IMG/VR virus record: IMGVR_UViG_3300031920_000341
Coordinates: 80,267-144,266 of that record
Reading direction: 5' to 3' (one strand)
Source of the DNA: a virus
Lineage: Duplodnaviria > Heunggongvirae > Uroviricota > Caudoviricetes
Length of the DNA stretch: 64,000 nt
Shown here: positions 19,206-28,973 of the stretch, one piece after another
Position numbering within the stretch: the first letter of the stretch is position 1
Layout of the letters: each line of letters opens with the position of its first letter
Notes under the pieces: generated by a model
Databases searched by the model: none
What the model saw: only the letters and a program-made list of their open reading frames with translations
What the model was told of the DNA's origin: nothing
Program-made: the position numbers and the translations under genes

Positions 19206-19311
19206 TACTTAATTATGCTTTATTTTGTTAAATTTTATTAAAATATTAATTTTAAATGGATTAAGCACTAACCCTCTATCAAGTAGATTTATAAAAATCA
19301 TTCTTGATTAC

Positions 19312-19325
19312 TTTTAATTATATAT
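19312..19325 (-). promoter_or_regulatory. Putative late-type promoter motif ATATATAATTAAAA upstream of the leader
   Basis: Identical 14-mer upstream of genes at 7682-7695(-) and 22877-22890(+). Confidence 0.5.
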
Positions 19326-19342
19326 TCGAGTTTTAATGTATT

Positions 19343-19666
19343 TTATTTTTCAATAGGAGGTGGCTCAACATATGTCATTTCGTCATAAAGATCTTCTTCT
19401 GAAACATTAACTATTTCAGAAAGACGTTTTGAAAGAATCCTTCCACGTGCACTTTCTTTATTTAGTTCAATTTCTGCTGAATTCAATTGAGCGAGTTCTA
19501 ACGTTTTAGCATTCCTGATTGTACGGATATCTTGTAATTTTATATTAATTACTTTTCCGAGATCTTCAAATTGTTTTAATGCTATATCAAATGCAGATAC
19601 ACAACTTTTACTTTGTTGAGCAATTGATTTAACCATTTTAATTGTACCTGTTTTTACATTTCTCAT
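19343..19666 (-). CDS. Coiled-coil hypothetical protein, 107 aa
   Basis: ORF track; plausible operon position. Confidence 0.7.
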   Translation of the reverse strand: MRNVKTGTIKMVKSIAQQSKSCVSAFDIALKQFEDLGKVINIKLQDIRTIRNAKTLELAQLNSAEIELNKESARGRILSKRLSEIVNVSEEDLYDEMTYVEPPPIEK

Positions 19667-19683
19667 CTTTTTATATATTATTT

Positions 19684-20331
19684 TTATTTAACTCTACTTG
19701 CTTGTACTTGATTTCCTGATATTTTATTAAGTGATGCATATGCTGCACGTACTTGATCACGAGTCCATGTTGGCTCAAAATATAATGAAATTGTATTATT
19801 TTGTTCTGAACCACATTTCCAATAACCCATTGTTCCAGTAGAATATGCATTCATTATTTGGCCAGAACGACGAATATATTTCTGAGGATTATCCATATTA
19901 TTTTTTGGATCATTAATTTCTAATTCATCAATTAGATCGGTAGAAGAACTTATATTATCAAGAGTAGTATTGCTATTGTTATCATCAACAACTACTACTG
20001 GTATACTTAAATCATCATGATCAATACTTGGATAATAAACTCTAAATATAGAACCTTGTTCTATATAAATATCAATTTCTTGTTCATCACACAATTCCTT
20101 CATATCATATGATACAGTATGTTGTTCTGCAATAAAACCCCATATGCGTAATCTGTTTTTAACATCAAGCGTGGTTGTTTTACCAAACCTACGAAATTCA
20201 CATTTTACGGCACTAATAAGATTATCATGCCCATAAGGTAATTTATCTTTAAGTTTTGTTTCTTTACTTTCACCTACTATTCCAAGTGTTAAAACTCCTA
20301 ATGCACAATTATCAAAAATATTGTCTTTCAT
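19684..20331 (-). CDS. Hypothetical protein, 215 aa
   Basis: ORF track; plausible operon position. Confidence 0.7.
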   Translation of the reverse strand: MKDNIFDNCALGVLTLGIVGESKETKLKDKLPYGHDNLISAVKCEFRRFGKTTTLDVKNRLRIWGFIAEQHTVSYDMKELCDEQEIDIYIEQGSIFRVYYPSIDHDDLSIPVVVVDDNNSNTTLDNISSSTDLIDELEINDPKNNMDNPQKYIRRSGQIMNAYSTGTMGYWKCGSEQNNTISLYFEPTWTRDQVRAAYASLNKISGNQVQASRVK

Positions 20332-20405
20332 TTTTTATATTTTAGTTTTAAAAATAATATTGCAAACATACTACTTTATTTTGAAACAGAAAAGTAATTA
20401 TAATT

Positions 20406-21161
20406 TTAACTTGTTGAAATATTAAAATCGCTATATTCTAATATTTCTAAACCACATATCTTCAAAATAACATTAATTGTAGCTATAACATCATAAGAAC
20501 AATATTTAGCAATAAGATCAATATTATCATTCTCCCAATAAAAATATCCAACTTGATCGGCATGCATTACATCTTTCGGTGATGGTATATTTAAATGATG
20601 AGTTAAAATTTCTAAAGATATAAACGATTCTTGCCATGCACCAAATCCCCACATTTCAGATGTATCAATTATTGGACTTTCCCATGGTTTCAATATAGAA
20701 ACATCAATTAAAGGATAAGGAATCTCAATTGCATATTTATATGCACGTTTCATGATATATGGTATATCAAATCGTTTTATATTATGACCAATTATTTTAC
20801 CTTCACCTTGATATGCTTCAAAATATCTTTTTATAAAATTCATAAATTCTTGAAGTAATATTTCTTCATTTGTATTTACAAAAGTACGAATTTGACTTGG
20901 TATTCCTTTTACATTAAAGGTTCCCATTGAAATACATACTATTTTTGAAAACTCAGCATGAAGCGCAGCCTTTTCTGTATAAAGCTGAGCATCTGATACT
21001 TTTTCATTTTCTGGATACCGTCTTCTAAGATACTCACATCTTTTAGACCACATTTTACCCATTAATGAATCAGCTGCTAATAAATCAGTTAAAGTTCGAT
21101 ATTCTGATACTGTTTCAATATCTATAAAAAGATATTTTTCGATTTGTTGTTCTGAATACAT
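20406..21161 (-). CDS. PolB-related 3'-5' exonuclease (DEDD)
   Basis: LFIDIET (ExoI), GHNIKRFDIPYI (ExoII), YCSYDV (ExoIII); AALHAEFSKIVCIS and KPWE typical of Bacteroidota family members. Confidence 0.85.
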   Translation of the reverse strand: MYSEQQIEKYLFIDIETVSEYRTLTDLLAADSLMGKMWSKRCEYLRRRYPENEKVSDAQLYTEKAALHAEFSKIVCISMGTFNVKGIPSQIRTFVNTNEEILLQEFMNFIKRYFEAYQGEGKIIGHNIKRFDIPYIMKRAYKYAIEIPYPLIDVSILKPWESPIIDTSEMWGFGAWQESFISLEILTHHLNIPSPKDVMHADQVGYFYWENDNIDLIAKYCSYDVIATINVILKICGLEILEYSDFNISTS

Positions 21162-21475
21162 TTTTTATTAAATCTTTTATATGAATTATATGAAAAATTA
21201 GAAAAAGGTTTTTATATTTACTAAATCATATAACAAATTTTGTTAAACAAAAAATTTTAGGGAATTCGCGCGATGCGCATGCGGTTACTAAGATACTAAG
21301 ATAATATATATTTATAAAGATAATAAAGATAGTACGATTATAATGATAGTATTGTATTACCTCCCACCCACCCTATTTATACTTTGTTTATTGAAAAAGT
21401 TTTACTTTATTATAAATTATTTTACTGAATAAAACTTTATCATATTGTACTGTATAAACAATAAAGCACTGTTCA

Positions 21476-22168
21476 ATGTACATAATTGGAATAGATTTCT
21501 CAATAAAGTTTCCGTCCGCATGTATTACAAATGATTTTAAAAATTTTAAATTTATTTCTTTAGTTAATACTAATAATATATCAATAATACATAAAAAGTT
21601 TTTAATTGATGCTCAAAAAGCTTTACCTGACTTTAATATTAAATTTTCCGAAGGTGTACCTAAGAAAGAAGAATATTATATTACTGAACGTAATAAATTA
21701 TTAAATTATTCTTTATTAAGTAAAAATATGGTTAATCTTATAAAAGAACATATTGGAACAATTGATTCTAATGATATACCATTGTTAGCGATTGAAGGTA
21801 CATCTTTTAATAGTAAAGGTAGTTATGCCTTTGAATTACCAGCTGCTTCTATGCTTTTTAAGAATAATATGTATGAAAATGTACTTCTTAAAAATATTAA
21901 CAATTATTTTGTCTTTCCACCAGCTAATCTTAAACAAGCAATTGGATGTAAAGGCAATGCTAAGAAAGATATTATATTTAAACAATTTCTTGATGATCCA
22001 GGTATAGATGCTATTAAAGATACGAAGTTTTATAAGTTCTTAAAATTGAACAAAGATAATCCAAGAGTTTTCAATAATAAGACAGGATTGGTTGCATCAC
22101 CTTGGAATGATTTAATTGATGCTTATCTTGCTGTTTTAAAATTGTATAATATAACCTTTAAAAAATAA
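21476..22168 (+). CDS. RuvC-like Holliday junction resolvase
   Basis: IIGIDFS, LAIEG, PANLKQAIGCKGNAKKD, DLIDAY acidic motifs. Confidence 0.75.
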   Translation: MYIIGIDFSIKFPSACITNDFKNFKFISLVNTNNISIIHKKFLIDAQKALPDFNIKFSEGVPKKEEYYITERNKLLNYSLLSKNMVNLIKEHIGTIDSNDIPLLAIEGTSFNSKGSYAFELPAASMLFKNNMYENVLLKNINNYFVFPPANLKQAIGCKGNAKKDIIFKQFLDDPGIDAIKDTKFYKFLKLNKDNPRVFNNKTGLVASPWNDLIDAYLAVLKLYNITFKK

Positions 22169-22177
22169 TTCATAACA

Positions 22178-22867
22178 ATGGGATACGATGTAGGACCTAA
22201 ACTTAATATAAACAAAAAAGAATTACGTGAAGAAATAGTTAAATCAAAAGAAAATGATAAATTAACACCAAATGCTTTAAAATCATTAATTGAAATAGCT
22301 AATCATGCAATTAATAGATTACCTTATAATAATCCAATCGATAGAGAAGATTGTATACAGTCAGCTTTATATGATTTAATGAAATATTGGAGAAATTATA
22401 ATCCAGAAATTTCTGATAATGCTTTTGCTTTTTATACACAGATGGCCAAAAATGGTTATGCTAAAGTATTTAATGTAATTCATAAGAATAAAAAACTAAA
22501 AAGTCTTAAGGTATTTAAACCGAGTAATTCTTTTTATGATTTAAAATCATTAAAATATTCTTTACTTGATTATTACGATACTAATATAAAAGAACAATTT
22601 CTTGATAACAATACATCTAATTTTAGATATGATGTTCCAGATAATTTGGTTGAAAATTATTTTAGATATTCTGGCAATAAAAAGAAATGGAGTGCCTGGT
22701 CTAAATTTGATATAATGGAAATGGAACCAGATTTCGATGAAATATTCAGCCACGAAGATAATAATACAATAGACGCATACTTTTTTGAATTTAAGTTTGA
22801 ATTTAAGACAAATATTGATTTTGTTTCATTAGATCAGTTAGGTGAAAGCGAAATCTACAGTATTTAA
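22178..22867 (+). CDS. T4 gp55-like late sigma factor with inserted domain
   Basis: INKKELREEI...DREDCIQSALYDLMKYWRNYNPEISDNAFAFYTQMAKNG resembles the gp55 region-2 core. Confidence 0.75.
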   Translation: MGYDVGPKLNINKKELREEIVKSKENDKLTPNALKSLIEIANHAINRLPYNNPIDREDCIQSALYDLMKYWRNYNPEISDNAFAFYTQMAKNGYAKVFNVIHKNKKLKSLKVFKPSNSFYDLKSLKYSLLDYYDTNIKEQFLDNNTSNFRYDVPDNLVENYFRYSGNKKKWSAWSKFDIMEMEPDFDEIFSHEDNNTIDAYFFEFKFEFKTNIDFVSLDQLGESEIYSI

Positions 22868-22902
22868 TATAAAGGGATATATAATTAAAATAGCTGTTTT
22901 AA

Positions 22903-25900
22903 ATGAATGTTTTAAATCTAAACTTCTTTGATAGAGAAGGAAAACCACTTAATTTTGAATATAACATAGATGAAGCAAGATGGGAAGGTGTTATGTACTT
23001 CGATCCGTTATCAATAGGACTTTTTGATAATCAACATATATTCATTACTGAACTTATTGATACAGTTCATGCTCATCCAATTTTAACTGATACATATGAT
23101 ACCAGTCCAGGTCTTGATATACTTACATTTAATATGGAAGAATCAGAAAATAATGAATTTTTTCCATATGAAGTAATTGTAGATGATTCGCTTTCACTTC
23201 CATTTTTATCTAAACTTGATTTAGTTATTATTGATAATATCCCAGATATTGTTAGAATACCGGCACAGGTTAATATAGCATTTAATCCAAGTGCCGAAGA
23301 AGTTACTGAAATGGTATTAATTGGTAAATATGCAGGAATAGAAGTAATACGAATACAATTATATGGTGAAGGAATTGATGAAGATGAAAGAATGTTAATT
23401 TGGGCCAAGAATTTTGGTATAAAATTTAACAAAGAAGATGCATTGATTTTAAAAGATTACGATTTAGTTGAATCATTACCAGATTGGGAAGTTATTAATA
23501 ATAAAAGAAAAGAGCTTGTTTTAACAAAAGAAGAAGTATTTCCATATATAGGAACATATCGTGGCCTTATAAATATGATTGATTTATTTGGTTTTAAAGA
23601 TACGCTCGAAGTAAAAGAATATTGGTTAAATGTTGATAAAACATCACCATATTACAATAAATATTTTTTAACGGATATTGTTAATATGGTTAGTACTGGT
23701 CAGATTCAAACAGTTAAGTTAATGCAAAAAGACCGAGATATTAAATTCAGTAATGCATTTCAAAAGACAGGTTTTTTATCATTAGTTTATAGTTTTACAA
23801 AAGAAACTGGCGAATATGATGATATAGGATTGCCAGTAGTTGAATCTACAACTGAATTTACACAGAAGGATATTTTTTATAAGATGAATCGTTTATCAGA
23901 TAAATTAAAAGATGAATTTTTACCTGTTAATGTAGCTATTAAAGATGTTATAGGACAATATGTTTATTATACTGCATTTATTTTTAATACTTGGAACGAT
24001 ACTGTTATAATTTATAATACAAGTTTAAATGAATATGCCAATATAATTGCACATCAAGAATTTAATTATGGAATACGTGACTTAAGTGTTTTTAATGAAC
24101 AAACAAATATTAATGGCGTATTTTTTCCACAGGAATCAATAAATGATTCAGGAATACTTCCATATCAGGATGCTCAAATGTATCCAATTGAATCATTGCC
24201 TGCAATAATAACAGCTATTGATGCATATTATGATTTATTTACATCAACATCACATTATACAATTGATAATAGTATGAATTGGGAAAATAATTATTTGACT
24301 GAGGCTAAATCAGGTTGTCCTGTTATATTTGAATTAGTTGTACAAGAAATGCAAATTGATGATTTTAGATCAATGCAAATTGATGATTTTGTTGTAAGTA
24401 ATGAATTATTGGCATATTACACTTGGGAAAATATTAAATATAGAGATATTTATGAAATAGAATGGAATGTTCGTAAAGGTGGACCTAATTCATTTGATTT
24501 TAAAAGAAGATTATTAGTAAAAGATTTTTATAAACTTCCGATATTTTTACCATATGCTGGTACATATGATATTAGTGTAGTCTTATATGATTTACTTGGT
24601 GGAACGTCAAGAAAGTTTAAAATGTCATTTACTGTCGTAGATTCAATTGAACCACAAATAATGGCATTAACTAAGGTTCCTGATATATACAGTACAATAA
24701 TTAAAGATTATCAGTTTGTTAAAGTTGAGGATTTAGAAGATTCATATGCATATAATATATTTCCAAATTTTATAAGAGATGAAGATGCATTTACACGACT
24801 TGATCCAATATTAATGGATTGGAATTTTTATCGTAATAGTATGGGATATGCAATGGTATACAATGATGAAATTGATATTCCGGCATATGAATCATTTGCT
24901 ACAACAACATATTCAAAGAAAAAATACTTTGGCGTAAACGATTATGCATATTGTTTTAATATGTATTCAAAATCAACAATATCCGAGCTTGAATTTTTAA
25001 GACCTATCGATACAATGTTTCATGGACAAACATTAGCCGGGTTTATATTTCAAAATCCAAATCCGGGCGATATAATCAGATTTACAAGAACAAACTTATT
25101 AGTAGATGAACATGGTTATACTGATTATGTAATACCAGAGCTTTCTCCATTTACACTTGATAATTTAATAATAGCGTTAAATGCATCAGATCATGCAGCA
25201 ATTAAATTATTCACATATCAAGTAATAAATGGAAAAATTCAAGCAGCTGGAAAAGATTATGGTAATGAAGCATATCAAATAGTTGAATTTATTGATAATA
25301 GCATATATTCTCCTAGTTCACCTAGTTCTCCTAGTGAAGGATTAATATCTGGAAATTTATTTACATTTAATTTTCCATATTGGCTTTATAATGAAGATAC
25401 AATGAATGAGCTTAAAATAGATTACCCTGGGTTTGATATTGAATCAATGTTTTTATTTGCTCCAATGCACGATAGACTAAGGGGTTACACTGATATTGCT
25501 GATTATTGGGTTAGTAATCATAGTATAGAAATTCAAGATGATATACAACGAGGTCATTTACCATCTATTGTAGATGCTAACTTTTTAACCATGGGTAATA
25601 TTAAAGCATTTGATTCAACATTTACTATACCAAAATTTGCATATGTTGTATTTACGGTAAATAATATAGTAAGCAAGAAGAATTTTGTCTGGAAGATCTA
25701 TAAAACAGGAGAAACTATACCATATTTCACAGTAAAAGATGTACCATTTTTAATGTGGGTTTTTTCAGAAATAGGAAGTTTTGATATAGAGGTTTCATTT
25801 ACAGATTTTAACGGTAACTTAAGTATAACAAAGGTTGATAATTATGTAAAAGTTATCACAGCAGAAGATTATAAAAATTATGCAAAAGACTGGTTAGTTA

Positions 25901-25926
25901 CTAGAGCATATAAAAGAAATAAATAA
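22903..25926 (+). CDS. Baseplate wedge-like protein (gp7-type N-terminus, PKD-like domains), 1007 aa
   Basis: FPYIGTYRGLINMIDLFGF resembles gp7/P2-I motif; PKD-like GTYDISVVLYD and GSFDIEVSFTD. Confidence 0.6.
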   Translation: MNVLNLNFFDREGKPLNFEYNIDEARWEGVMYFDPLSIGLFDNQHIFITELIDTVHAHPILTDTYDTSPGLDILTFNMEESENNEFFPYEVIVDDSLSLPFLSKLDLVIIDNIPDIVRIPAQVNIAFNPSAEEVTEMVLIGKYAGIEVIRIQLYGEGIDEDERMLIWAKNFGIKFNKEDALILKDYDLVESLPDWEVINNKRKELVLTKEEVFPYIGTYRGLINMIDLFGFKDTLEVKEYWLNVDKTSPYYNKYFLTDIVNMVSTGQIQTVKLMQKDRDIKFSNAFQKTGFLSLVYSFTKETGEYDDIGLPVVESTTEFTQKDIFYKMNRLSDKLKDEFLPVNVAIKDVIGQYVYYTAFIFNTWNDTVIIYNTSLNEYANIIAHQEFNYGIRDLSVFNEQTNINGVFFPQESINDSGILPYQDAQMYPIESLPAIITAIDAYYDLFTSTSHYTIDNSMNWENNYLTEAKSGCPVIFELVVQEMQIDDFRSMQIDDFVVSNELLAYYTWENIKYRDIYEIEWNVRKGGPNSFDFKRRLLVKDFYKLPIFLPYAGTYDISVVLYDLLGGTSRKFKMSFTVVDSIEPQIMALTKVPDIYSTIIKDYQFVKVEDLEDSYAYNIFPNFIRDEDAFTRLDPILMDWNFYRNSMGYAMVYNDEIDIPAYESFATTTYSKKKYFGVNDYAYCFNMYSKSTISELEFLRPIDTMFHGQTLAGFIFQNPNPGDIIRFTRTNLLVDEHGYTDYVIPELSPFTLDNLIIALNASDHAAIKLFTYQVINGKIQAAGKDYGNEAYQIVEFIDNSIYSPSSPSSPSEGLISGNLFTFNFPYWLYNEDTMNELKIDYPGFDIESMFLFAPMHDRLRGYTDIADYWVSNHSIEIQDDIQRGHLPSIVDANFLTMGNIKAFDSTFTIPKFAYVVFTVNNIVSKKNFVWKIYKTGETIPYFTVKDVPFLMWVFSEIGSFDIEVSFTDFNGNLSITKVDNYVKVITAEDYKNYAKDWLVTRAYKRNK

Positions 25927-25944
25927 ATAAAATAATCATTTAAT

Positions 25945-26901
25945 ATGGCTACGTTTAGCGAATATATTCTACCCATTAAAACTATATTACAGACATCATA
26001 TATCCCAACTGCATTTGAGGATATGAATAGTAACTTTGTATACATCAAAGATTCGTTTGAAGATTTAGTGAACAATTTCGAAATTGATATAACAAATGTT
26101 GAAATTGGAAAAACAACACCTATCAGTTTAATGAACGCACTTAGGGTTCAAATTGTACATGATACCCCTGTTTCAACATATGGATTTCATTTACGAGAAA
26201 GATTAGATTATCCATCATTGGGTTATTTCCGTTTAGCTGAGGTATCACCTAGTGTACTTGGTACAGAATTAATGGTTGATAATATTACATTGAATGGAAC
26301 ATTAACCGGAACAAGTGGAACAATGTCAGTTCAATCAATAACAACATCTGATGCTTTAACAGTGGGTGGAAAAGCATTATTTAATGGACTAGCTGAATTT
26401 GATGCAGGCATGAAAGAATCATATGAATATGATCTTGAGGTTACAGTATCTACAACCGGAACAGTAGCGGCAGGAACATTATCATTAACTAAGAATACTG
26501 CAAAATATTTATATTTAACTATTAAATGTGATGCATCAACATATACCACAGGAACTGGACAGTTTAGTGCAGGTATGACAAGTTTTAGTATTATACTTGA
26601 TGTTGCATCAACATTTCCAAGTGAAGAAGGACAAGTGTTCCATATAATCGTAGCTAATATTATTGATGAAAATGGAGATGATGTTACAGCTGTAATGCCA
26701 GTGCCATTTCGATTAACAATGGGATATCAACAATCTGCATCACCAGCAACAGCATTATATTATACTGATAGTAGAACATATTTAACATTAATGCCAGATG
26801 CTTTAGCACATACAAAATATAAAAGAGTATTTAAAGTACAACAAATACTTGATGGTACAGATACTAAATTCCAGGTAATAGATGAATATATCGCAACTTA
26901 A
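25945..26901 (+). CDS. Putative structural protein, 318 aa
   Basis: In morphogenesis operon; N-terminal MNSNFVYIKDSF fibre-anchor-like motif. Confidence 0.65.
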   Translation: MATFSEYILPIKTILQTSYIPTAFEDMNSNFVYIKDSFEDLVNNFEIDITNVEIGKTTPISLMNALRVQIVHDTPVSTYGFHLRERLDYPSLGYFRLAEVSPSVLGTELMVDNITLNGTLTGTSGTMSVQSITTSDALTVGGKALFNGLAEFDAGMKESYEYDLEVTVSTTGTVAAGTLSLTKNTAKYLYLTIKCDASTYTTGTGQFSAGMTSFSIILDVASTFPSEEGQVFHIIVANIIDENGDDVTAVMPVPFRLTMGYQQSASPATALYYTDSRTYLTLMPDALAHTKYKRVFKVQQILDGTDTKFQVIDEYIAT

Positions 26902-26917
26902 AATAAAATTATAATAG

Positions 26918-28969
26918 ATGGCTACAACAGCGTTTATAAAACCAATTCCGAATAATAAGGGTATCTTTTATACATTTAAGAGTGCTGAAGATGATATTAT
27001 GTCAACTTTTAATCATGATCAGAAAAAATTTAAATTTTCTAAATTTGTTTTACTTAATATTCCTCCAATGGGTGTTCCTAATGGAATAGAAAATAAGGTA
27101 CAATTCTTAGCTCCAGGTGAAACTCCTATGATAGATGGTATAAGTTCTACTGACTATAATAAAAATTTAGCAGAAAGTTTTCAGAACTATTGTTTAAACC
27201 TTGAAGCATTGTTAATGTCTAGTACTAACTTTAATCCAGAACTTAGGCGTACAATAGCAGAACGTACATTTTGGAAATGGTTAAAAGAAACAGGCGCTTT
27301 ACGTTTTATTGAAACAGATGGAACAGTATCAGATGAAGAAAAGGATTATTTAATACTTGGTTCAGAAAAACGATTTACCGAAGAAAAGGAAATTGCAAGT
27401 GGTTCACCAGCGGTTACCGAATATTCTAAAGTTGTTCAATATGTTGGTGAGATTGATGTTGTATTAAGTCGTAAAGGAACAAATGCATATTCAATGATTT
27501 ATATTTATGTTCCTACTAATGTCGGTAATACTCCTTATATAATGTTTAGGTCACTTTCTGATGAGAATTATGATGAGGATATGACACTATTAAATAGTGA
27601 AGCAGCATATGAGGATATAGAATACTTATCAGGAAGAAAATATAATGATGTTCATCCATTTAATTTAAACATACATGCTTTTTATGATTTAGATGATGGT
27701 TCAATTGATAGTTATATTTCAGCTGGTAGTTCAACTCCATCATATACAACAGGATATTGGTTTACTGGAACAAACAATAATGCATATTATACTGATGAAG
27801 TTTTTGATATTGCAACTAATCAATGGATTAAAAAAACAGATGGTGTTAAAACCGTTGAATATTTAAGAAGTAAGTTAGATGGTGTTTTAATAGATTTCAC
27901 ATTAGAAAATTATAAATTAGCAAATGAAAATTCTGAAATTAAAACATTTGCTCAATTTAATGAATATACAGGAAGTAAAAATTTCCAATATAATGCAATA
28001 TTAATTTATTACGATATACTTAACGAAGATGATGAAACCGAAACAGTAACTAATATGTTCGGTATACAATTTCTTAATGAAACAATACCGGTAACATATG
28101 AGTATGAAATTCCGGCAATCGATAAGTTTATGCCAGATATGCTTGCTAAAACAAATGGAAATGCATTTGCACATGTTATTAATATTAAATTTGATACATC
28201 TACAAATACAGTTTCAGTTGAAAAATCAATTAATGATTATACTGGATTTGGTTTAGATCTTTTTGTTGATGCACTAAGTAATGTTGCATATCTAAATGAT
28301 GCATTTGAAGAAAACCTTAATTGGATGGTATCATTGAATAATGAACTTGATGCAACAAATAATGTAATGTTGAATACAAAAACAGTACAAGAATTAAATG
28401 ATAGAATTGTAACATTAGAAGATAGTTATAGTGCAGGTACGGCTTTATTTGATAATACAACAGCCGTAATGAATATGATTGATGATTTATATAAGAAGTA
28501 TAGTGATATACTTGACGAAGAATCAGTTGATATTACGTTTAAATATAACAAACGAGAACTGAATAATTTAATTGATAAAAATCAATCATTCAATCTATCA
28601 CAAACATATTATGGAAACATAATTGATAATAGTGAATTGATTTTGGTAAAGTATTCAAATTATTTTAGACATGACTATATTGAAAAAGTGGTCATAACTA
28701 ATGATTTTAACTTGTACATAAATGATAAACAATTTAATTGGGAAGATGGACAGTCATTTGAAATAGTATTTCATTCTGAATTTGATTTAGATGGAAAATA
28801 TTTCAACATATACACTGACTTTAATAACGTTAAAAACATGGGTGCTGGAAAGTATTTAATAAAAAGTTTAGATGAAACATTTTTTGAGAATTCTAATTTT
28901 ATGCCTATACTTAGAATTACTTGTGTTGATTCCAAAAATTTATTGTTTTTTGTAGATAAAATAAGATAA
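26918..28969 (+). CDS. Putative structural protein, 683 aa
   Basis: Long ORF in coupled morphogenesis operon. Confidence 0.7.
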   Translation: MATTAFIKPIPNNKGIFYTFKSAEDDIMSTFNHDQKKFKFSKFVLLNIPPMGVPNGIENKVQFLAPGETPMIDGISSTDYNKNLAESFQNYCLNLEALLMSSTNFNPELRRTIAERTFWKWLKETGALRFIETDGTVSDEEKDYLILGSEKRFTEEKEIASGSPAVTEYSKVVQYVGEIDVVLSRKGTNAYSMIYIYVPTNVGNTPYIMFRSLSDENYDEDMTLLNSEAAYEDIEYLSGRKYNDVHPFNLNIHAFYDLDDGSIDSYISAGSSTPSYTTGYWFTGTNNNAYYTDEVFDIATNQWIKKTDGVKTVEYLRSKLDGVLIDFTLENYKLANENSEIKTFAQFNEYTGSKNFQYNAILIYYDILNEDDETETVTNMFGIQFLNETIPVTYEYEIPAIDKFMPDMLAKTNGNAFAHVINIKFDTSTNTVSVEKSINDYTGFGLDLFVDALSNVAYLNDAFEENLNWMVSLNNELDATNNVMLNTKTVQELNDRIVTLEDSYSAGTALFDNTTAVMNMIDDLYKKYSDILDEESVDITFKYNKRELNNLIDKNQSFNLSQTYYGNIIDNSELILVKYSNYFRHDYIEKVVITNDFNLYINDKQFNWEDGQSFEIVFHSEFDLDGKYFNIYTDFNNVKNMGAGKYLIKSLDETFFENSNFMPILRITCVDSKNLLFFVDKIR

Positions 28970-28973
28970 TTAA

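Noticed and set aside
19133-19210. AAGTAATG direct repeat giving a second ATG mini-ORF (MLNFYF)
   Set aside because: An 8-bp AT-rich match is expected by chance; no independent support.
21360-21381. T-box riboswitch (AAATAGGGTGG resembles the T-box core)
   Set aside because: Lacks the NACC continuation, stem I/specifier and a following terminator; it sits directly at a promoter motif.
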